From Pseudomonadota bacterium (GTDB taxonomy: Bacteria; Pseudomonadota; Gammaproteobacteria; SURF-13): a stretch of 64,000 bases of DNA. The first letter of the stretch is position 1. Each line of letters starts with the position of its first letter. Positions 54,697 to 64,000 of this stretch are shown here, in pieces. The DNA lies in the NCBI GenBank assembly GCA_041695325.1, contig JBGFRC010000050.1:6435-70434 (forward strand). The letters are read 5' to 3'. The position numbers and the translations under genes are program-made. The notes under the pieces are model-generated. The model was not told the DNA's origin, did no database searches, and worked only from the letters and a program-made list of their open reading frames with translations.

Positions 54697-54806
54697 GTCT
54701 TTTTATCTGAATCTGCCATCTAAAAAGTCATACATAGCGTCAGAAATCGTCGCGAGCGGCTTGGTCGCTTCCGGTATCCTGCCTCCCGCGCAGCGGATTT
54801 ATGATG

Positions 54807-55277
54807 CTATGTACGGTGATAGGGATGATGTTTCAGTATACTCCAGGCGCGATACAGCTGCTCGGCGGCCACGATGCGCGCCAGTAAGTGCGGGAGCGTC
54901 AGCTTCGACAGCGACCATTTAAACTGCGCGCGTTTGAGGCAGGACTCGGCCAGGCCATCGGGTCCGCCGATAAGCAGCGCCACGTCACGCCCGTCTTGCA
55001 GCCAGTCCTGGAGGTGTGCGGACAATTGTTCAGTGCTCCATTCCACGCCGCGCACGTCGAGCGCGATCACGCGGCAGTCCTTCGGGATTGCGGCCAGCAT
55101 GCGCTCGCCTTCGCCCTGCACCGCGCGCGCGATGTCGGCGCTCTTGCCACGCTGGCCGGGCGCGATTTCAATCAGATTCAGCCGGCACCCCGGCGGCAGG
55201 CGCCGTGCATACTCCTGGTAGCCTGTTTTGACCCACTCAGGCTGGCGCTCGCCTACGGCGATGAGGTGGATGCGCAG
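54807..55277 (-). CDS. rlmH: 23S rRNA (pseudouridine1915-N3)-methyltransferase RlmH. The full-length reading frame lacks a canonical start codon.
   Basis: ORF track gives only 104 aa from GTG 55121. The 52 codons upstream in the same frame translate to LRIHLIAVGERQPEWVKTGYQEYARRLPPGCRLNLIEIAPGQRGKSADIARA, which aligns with the E. coli RlmH N-terminus ([27 protein letters not shown]...). That frame runs straight into the rsfS stop TAG. Confidence 0.8.
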   Translation of the reverse strand: MRIHLIAVGERQPEWVKTGYQEYARRLPPGCRLNLIEIAPGQRGKSADIARAVQGEGERMLAAIPKDCRVIALDVRGVEWSTEQLSAHLQDWLQDGRDVALLIGGPDGLAESCLKRAQFKWSLSKLTLPHLLARIVAAEQLYRAWSILKHHPYHRT

Positions 55278-55280
55278 CGC

Positions 55281-55697
55281 CTAACCCCCGCGTGATTTCG
55301 CCCGTGCCCTGGCGCGGGCTTTTGGCTCAGGCCTGGAGACGGGACGCGCTGTTTTGGCGCGCGGGACGCGCACGGGCGCGGCGCCCCACAGCTTTTCCAG
55401 GTTATAAAAATCGCGCGTCTGCGGCAGCATCACGTGCACCACCACATCGCCCAGGTCTATCAGCACCCACTCCCCTTCGCGCTCACCCTCCACGCCCAGC
55501 GGGCGGCAGCCCTTCCGCCTGGCCCTTTCCACCACCGCGTCGGCCAGCGACTTGACGTGACGGCTGGAGGTGCCGCTGGCGATCACCAGCATATCGGTGA
55601 CGTCGGAAATACCGCGCACATCCAGCGCCTTGATGTCGAGCGCCTTCCTGTCCTCCAGCGCGCCCACGACGAGTTTTTTCAAATGGTGCAGTTGCAT
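55281..55697 (-). CDS. rsfS: Ribosomal silencing factor RsfS (Iojap/YbeB) with an Arg/Lys-rich C-terminal tail
   Basis: 138 aa. Conserved core ([33 protein letters not shown]...). About 25 extra basic residues at the C-terminus ([26 protein letters not shown]). Confidence 0.85.
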   Translation of the reverse strand: MQLHHLKKLVVGALEDRKALDIKALDVRGISDVTDMLVIASGTSSRHVKSLADAVVERARRKGCRPLGVEGEREGEWVLIDLGDVVVHVMLPQTRDFYNLEKLWGAAPVRVPRAKTARPVSRPEPKARARARAKSRGG

Positions 55698-55715
55698 GAG
55701 TGACCCTTGCTGTAA

Positions 55716-56342
55716 CTAACGATAAATGTGCCGCGCACGAACCATTTGGTAGACTGCATCCGGTGTCAGATAGCGTGCGCTCTTGCCTTGTGCGATCAGG
55801 GCGCGGATGCGCGAGGAAGAGATATCCAGCGCGGGTATGGGCCACAGTATGATCCGGCCGTGTTTGTGCGCGCGCAATCCGGCGGCGTCCGTCACGCGCT
55901 GCTGCGACAACAGCTCATCCATCTCACCCCTGGCGTTTATCTCATATCCCGGGCGATGCGCCACGGCGAGGTGGGCCAAACTCAGCAATTCGCGCCAGCG
56001 GCGCCAGGTGGAGATACCAAGAAAGGCGTCCACGCCGAGGATCAGGCACAGCGGGGTGGAGGGAAATTCCGCGCGCAATGATTCCAGCGTATCTATGGTG
56101 TAGGAGGGTCCAGGCCTGGTGATTTCACGGTCGTCCACGCGCAAGCCCGGTTCCTCCTGGGTCGCAGCGCTCAACATGGCGAGGCGCAGCGTGGCGCTCG
56201 CCACGGGCGGCGGGCGGTGCGGCGGGATGCCGCACGGAATCAAACGCACCTCGTCCAGACTCAGCTCCTGCCGCGCCTCCAGCGCCAGCCGCAGGTGGCC
56301 GCAGTGGACGGGATCGAAGCTGCCGCCGAGAAGTCCTATCAC
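55716..56342 (-). CDS. nadD: Nicotinate-nucleotide adenylyltransferase
   Basis: 208 aa. GGSFDPVHCGHL (H/TxGH) motif and SSSRIR motif. Confidence 0.9.
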   Translation of the reverse strand: MIGLLGGSFDPVHCGHLRLALEARQELSLDEVRLIPCGIPPHRPPPVASATLRLAMLSAATQEEPGLRVDDREITRPGPSYTIDTLESLRAEFPSTPLCLILGVDAFLGISTWRRWRELLSLAHLAVAHRPGYEINARGEMDELLSQQRVTDAAGLRAHKHGRIILWPIPALDISSSRIRALIAQGKSARYLTPDAVYQMVRARHIYR

Positions 56343-56357
56343 AGAAAAGACAGCTAC

Positions 56358-57638
56358 CTACTTTCTAACATGTCCATCCCCCAGCACGATGAATTTCTGC
56401 GTGGTGAGCCCTTCCAGCCCGACCGGGCCGCGCGCGTGCAGCTTGTCGGTGCTGATGCCGATTTCCGCGCCCAGGCCGTATTCAAAGCCGTCGGCCAGGC
56501 GCGTGGAGGCGTTGACCATCACCGAGCTGGAGTCCACCTCGCGCAGGAAGCGCTGCGCGTGCGAGTAGTCCTCGGTCACGATGGCGTCGGTGTGCGCCGA
56601 GCCGTGGGTCTGGATATGCTCGATGGCCTGGTCCAAATCCTTGACCACGCGCACCGCCAGTATCGGCGCGAGGTATTCGGTGTCCCAGTCTTCCGCCGCG
56701 GCCGGTTTGGCTCCCGGCAGCAGCGCGCACGCGGTTTCGTCGCCGCGCAATTCCACGCCGGCGTCCCGATACATCTTGCCGAGCTTGGGCAGCACGCGCG
56801 CTGCGATGTCCTGGTTCACCAGCAGCGTTTCCATGGTATTGCACGTGCCGTAGCGCTGGGTCTTGGCGTTGTAGGCCACCTTGATCGCCTTCTCGACGTC
56901 GGCCTTGTCGTCCAGGTACACGTGGCACACGCCGTCCAGATGTTTCAACACCGGCACCGTGGCTTCTTCGCTGATGCGCGCGATCAGGCCCTTGCCGCCG
57001 CGCGGCACGATCACATCCACGTACTGCTTCATACGTATCAGCTCGCCCACCGCGGCGCGGTCGGCGGTGGCGATCACCTGCACCGCGTCTTGCGGCAAGC
57101 CGGCTACTTTAAGCCCGGCCTGGATGCAGGCGGCGATGGCCTGATTGGAATGCAGCGCCTCGGAACCGCCGCGCAATATCGCGGCATTGCCGGACTTGAG
57201 GCACAGACCGGCGGCGTCGGCGGTGACGTTGGGGCGCGACTCATAGATGATGCCGATCACGCCCAGCGGCACGCGCATCTTGCCCACCTGGAATCCCGCC
57301 GGGCGGAATTTGAGATCGCTGATCTCGCCCACCGGGTCGGGCAGCGCGGCGATTTCACGCAATCCCTGGGCCATAGTCCGGACGCGCGCCGGGTTCAGTT
57401 CCAGCCGGTCCAGCATGGCGGCGTCGAGCCCCGCTTTTTTGCCCGCTTCAATATCTTTTTTATTGGCGTCAAGCAGCGCGTTGAGATCGCGCTCCATGGC
57501 TTCCGCCATCGCCACCAGGGCGTCGTTCTTGGCCTGGGTGGAAGCGCGGCTCATGGCGCGCGCCGCCATGCGTGCGCGTCTGCCCACGTCCAGCATGTAT
57601 TGCTTGACATCCAGCATCTCGACTCGTGCGTTCATCAA
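56358..57638 (-). CDS. proA: Gamma-glutamyl phosphate reductase
   Basis: 426 aa. Aldehyde dehydrogenase-like; catalytic Cys in [11 protein letters not shown]. Confidence 0.95.
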   Translation of the reverse strand: MMNARVEMLDVKQYMLDVGRRARMAARAMSRASTQAKNDALVAMAEAMERDLNALLDANKKDIEAGKKAGLDAAMLDRLELNPARVRTMAQGLREIAALPDPVGEISDLKFRPAGFQVGKMRVPLGVIGIIYESRPNVTADAAGLCLKSGNAAILRGGSEALHSNQAIAACIQAGLKVAGLPQDAVQVIATADRAAVGELIRMKQYVDVIVPRGGKGLIARISEEATVPVLKHLDGVCHVYLDDKADVEKAIKVAYNAKTQRYGTCNTMETLLVNQDIAARVLPKLGKMYRDAGVELRGDETACALLPGAKPAAAEDWDTEYLAPILAVRVVKDLDQAIEHIQTHGSAHTDAIVTEDYSHAQRFLREVDSSSVMVNASTRLADGFEYGLGAEIGISTDKLHARGPVGLEGLTTQKFIVLGDGHVRK

Positions 57639-57645
57639 CCTGCCC

Positions 57646-58665
57646 TCATGCGCGGCGCAGCGTGACCCCGGCTACGCCCAGGCTCAACGCCAGCAACTCA
57701 TCCCACGACCGCCCGGCCGCAAAGCCTTTTATCACGCGCTCCGCGTGCGCCGCGCGGCGCAGCAACCTCCACCACCTGCGCGCCTGGTGGCGCTGCAGTG
57801 CCTGTCTTATCAAAGGCTTTCTTTTTTCCCACACCTTGTGCTTCGCCAGTATCTGCTCCGCGCCCATTCCCTTATCGCTATCATACGCCATCGCGGCCAG
57901 CGCGCGCACCTCGCGCGTCAGCGCCCACAGGATGAAGGCCGGCTCTTCCGCCTCCGCGCGCAGGCCGTTCAACACGCGCACGGCGCGCACGGCGTCGCCC
58001 GCGAGCGCGGCGTCGGCCAGCGCGTACACGTCAAAGCGCGCGCTGTCGGCCACCGCTTCGTGCACCGCCTCAGCCGTAATAGGCGCGCCGCCGTACAGCA
58101 AATACAGTTTCTCGATGTCCTGCGCCGCGGCCAGCAAATTTCCTTCCACGCGCGCGGCCAATAACTCCGCGGCGTCCTCGCCCGGTTGCATGCCCTTGGC
58201 GCGCATGCGCGCCGCGACCCAGCCCGGCACGGCGCGCGCCTCCACCGGCCACACCTGCACCAGCACGCCGGCCTCCTCCAGCGCGCTCATCCATCTGGTT
58301 TTTTGCACGGCGGCGTCGAGCTTGGGGCAGGTGAGAAGCAGCACCACGTCGGGTAACGCGGCCTGTGCATAGGCCAGCAATGCCGCCGCGCCGGCTTCGC
58401 CCGGTTTGGTATTTGGCAGTCGCAGCTCAATCAGCTTGCGTTCGGCGAACAGCGACAGATTTTGCGCCGACTGGGTGAGCATGGCCCAGTCGAAACCGGG
58501 CCCGGCGTTGAAAATGATGCGCTCGCCGTATCCCTGAGCGCGCGCCGCGGCGCGGACGGCGTCACACGCCTCCTGCACCTGCAGCGGCTCATCGCCGCTC
58601 ACCAGGTAAACCGGCGCCAACCCCCGGCGCAGGTGTAACGCAAGCTGCTCGGCCTTGGCTCTCAC
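57646..58665 (-). CDS. holA: DNA polymerase III subunit delta
   Basis: 339 aa. Alignable with E. coli HolA by eye (YLLxGxDPLLxQE..., EGNLLAxAQxxEKL). Position between lptE and proA/nadD. Confidence 0.85.
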   Translation of the reverse strand: MRAKAEQLALHLRRGLAPVYLVSGDEPLQVQEACDAVRAAARAQGYGERIIFNAGPGFDWAMLTQSAQNLSLFAERKLIELRLPNTKPGEAGAAALLAYAQAALPDVVLLLTCPKLDAAVQKTRWMSALEEAGVLVQVWPVEARAVPGWVAARMRAKGMQPGEDAAELLAARVEGNLLAAAQDIEKLYLLYGGAPITAEAVHEAVADSARFDVYALADAALAGDAVRAVRVLNGLRAEAEEPAFILWALTREVRALAAMAYDSDKGMGAEQILAKHKVWEKRKPLIRQALQRHQARRWWRLLRRAAHAERVIKGFAAGRSWDELLALSLGVAGVTLRRA

Positions 58666-58667
58666 CG

Positions 58668-59150
58668 TTACCGGATATTCAGCGCCTGCACCCGGCGCAA
58701 TATCTGCCCTGCGGCGTCGCGTTGCAGCCCTTGGCGCAACTTCGCCTCCTCGGCCTCCTTGCCCAGCACCTGGGTTTCATCAAACACAAAATCGCGCGTC
58801 AGACGCAGCGTTTGCGTATCGGTCAGGGCCTTGCCCTGGCTGTCCTGCACGTCGAAGCTCACCGTGTACACCAGCTCGAACTCGCGCACCTTGCCGGTGC
58901 TGCCCACCGAGCGCACCTGGCGCTCCAAGTTTTCAGCGCTGATGGTCACCACTGCCTGGGCGTCCTCCCTGTTCTCCACCAGCCGCGCCCCGCCGGAGCG
59001 CGCAGCACTGCGCAACTCGCCCGCAAGCCCCGTAGTGCCCTCCGGGAGGTATAACGCCGGCAGCCCGGAAACCTGCTCCTGGCTCCCGCGCAGGTGAAAC
59101 CCGCACGCGGTCAGTAACAGGCTGAAAACCAGAATCGTTATTGTTCTCAT
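58668..59150 (-). CDS. lptE: LPS-assembly lipoprotein LptE
   Basis: 160 aa. Lipobox LLLTACGFHLRG identical in style to E. coli LptE. Located between leuS and holA. Confidence 0.8.
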   Translation of the reverse strand: MRTITILVFSLLLTACGFHLRGSQEQVSGLPALYLPEGTTGLAGELRSAARSGGARLVENREDAQAVVTISAENLERQVRSVGSTGKVREFELVYTVSFDVQDSQGKALTDTQTLRLTRDFVFDETQVLGKEAEEAKLRQGLQRDAAGQILRRVQALNIR

Positions 59151-59160
59151 ATTGTCCTCG

Positions 59161-63352
<4,192 letters not shown>

Positions 63353-63355
63353 GGA

Positions 63356-64000
63356 TCAGGCGGCGGACGGCGCCTTTTCATCCGCGGACGCGCGCAGCGA
63401 CACCTGTATCAGGTACAGGCGGCGGCTGTCGGCGCGCAGCACCTTGAAGCGCAGCTTGCCCAGGGAGAAGGTCTCGCCGCGCTTGGGCAGACGCCCGAAG
63501 TGATGCATCAATACGCCGCCGAGGGTGTCGAATTCCTCGTCGCTGAAATCCGTGCCGAAGCGCTGATTGAATTCCTGAATCGGGGTGAGCGCCTTCACGG
63601 TAAAATTGGCCGGGCTGTGTTCGATGATGAAGTCCTCTTCTTCAATATCATGCTCATCCGCGATCTCGCCCACGATTTCTTCCAGCACGTCCTCGATGGT
63701 GACCAGGCCGGCCACGCCGCCGTATTCGTCCACCACGATGGCCATGTGGTTGCGGCTGGAGCGGAATTCACGCAGCAACACATTGAGGCGCTTGGCTTCG
63801 GGGATGAACACCGCCGGACGCAACACGTCGCGCACCTGAAAGTTTTCCCCGCCTTCCTCAGCGAAATAGGCGAGGAGGTCCTTGGCCAGCAGGATGCCCA
63901 CCACCTCGTCCTTGCTTTCGCCGATCACCGGAAAGCGCGAGTGCGCGGATTCGATCACCACCGGCAAAATGTCGCGCGGATGCGCGTCGCGTTCCACTAC
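63356..64000 (-). CDS. corC: CorC/YbeX-family magnesium/cobalt efflux protein, 3' part (tandem CBS domains plus CorC_HlyC domain); 5' end lies beyond the window
   Basis: The ORF runs to the window edge. CBS pair and C-terminal transporter-associated domain. Conserved lnt-ybeX synteny. Confidence 0.85.
   Translation of the reverse strand, partial: VVERDAHPRDILPVVIESAHSRFPVIGESKDEVVGILLAKDLLAYFAEEGGENFQVRDVLRPAVFIPEAKRLNVLLREFRSSRNHMAIVVDEYGGVAGLVTIEDVLEEIVGEIADEHDIEEEDFIIEHSPANFTVKALTPIQEFNQRFGTDFSDEEFDTLGGVLMHHFGRLPKRGETFSLGKLRFKVLRADSRRLYLIQVSLRASADEKAPSAA

Overview
This is a 64-kb window from a high-GC (~67%) gammaproteobacterial chromosome, with gene order resembling Pseudomonas or Chromatiales. 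It is almost wall-to-wall conserved housekeeping genes. Plus strand: a DUF3426-like gene (3' part), then rnpB (RNase P RNA) immediately upstream of a complete dcw cluster (mraZ-rsmH-ftsL-ftsI-murE-murF-mraY-murD-ftsW-murG-murC-murB-ddl-ftsQ-ftsA-ftsZ-lpxC), then secA, argJ and a mutT/thiE-like fusion. Minus strand: yacG-zapD-coaE-pilD-pilC-pilB. Plus strand: dapA-bamC-purL. Minus strand: rlmD, a PolB-like 3'-5' exonuclease, cysM-acpS-pdxJ-recO-era-rnc-DUF4845-lepB-lepA, a cytochrome c lipoprotein, yhdP-rng, then rlmH-rsfS-nadD-proA-holA-lptE-leuS-lnt-corC. A cNMP/GGDEF gene lies divergent to rnpB and a DUF721 gene is convergent with lpxC. I found no unexplained multi-gene cassette. Virtually all coding space is assigned to recognisable core genes, so I do not claim a novel system here. 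The non-core content is repeat DNA. There are two copies of a ~155-bp MITE-like element whose CTAG-containing ends supply the stop codons of flanking genes. There are at least three copies of a GC-rich REP-like palindrome: one wedged between murC and murB, two in tandem upstream of bamC, and a probable in-frame relic inside leuS. There is also a long hairpin between pilC and pilD and a tandem-repeat linker in the cytochrome c gene. The most unusual gene-level anomaly is that rsfS and rlmH lie in the same frame separated by a single TAG, and rlmH has no ATG/GTG/TTG start before its conserved N-terminus. All calls rest on reading the supplied translations and motifs by eye; no database searches were run.
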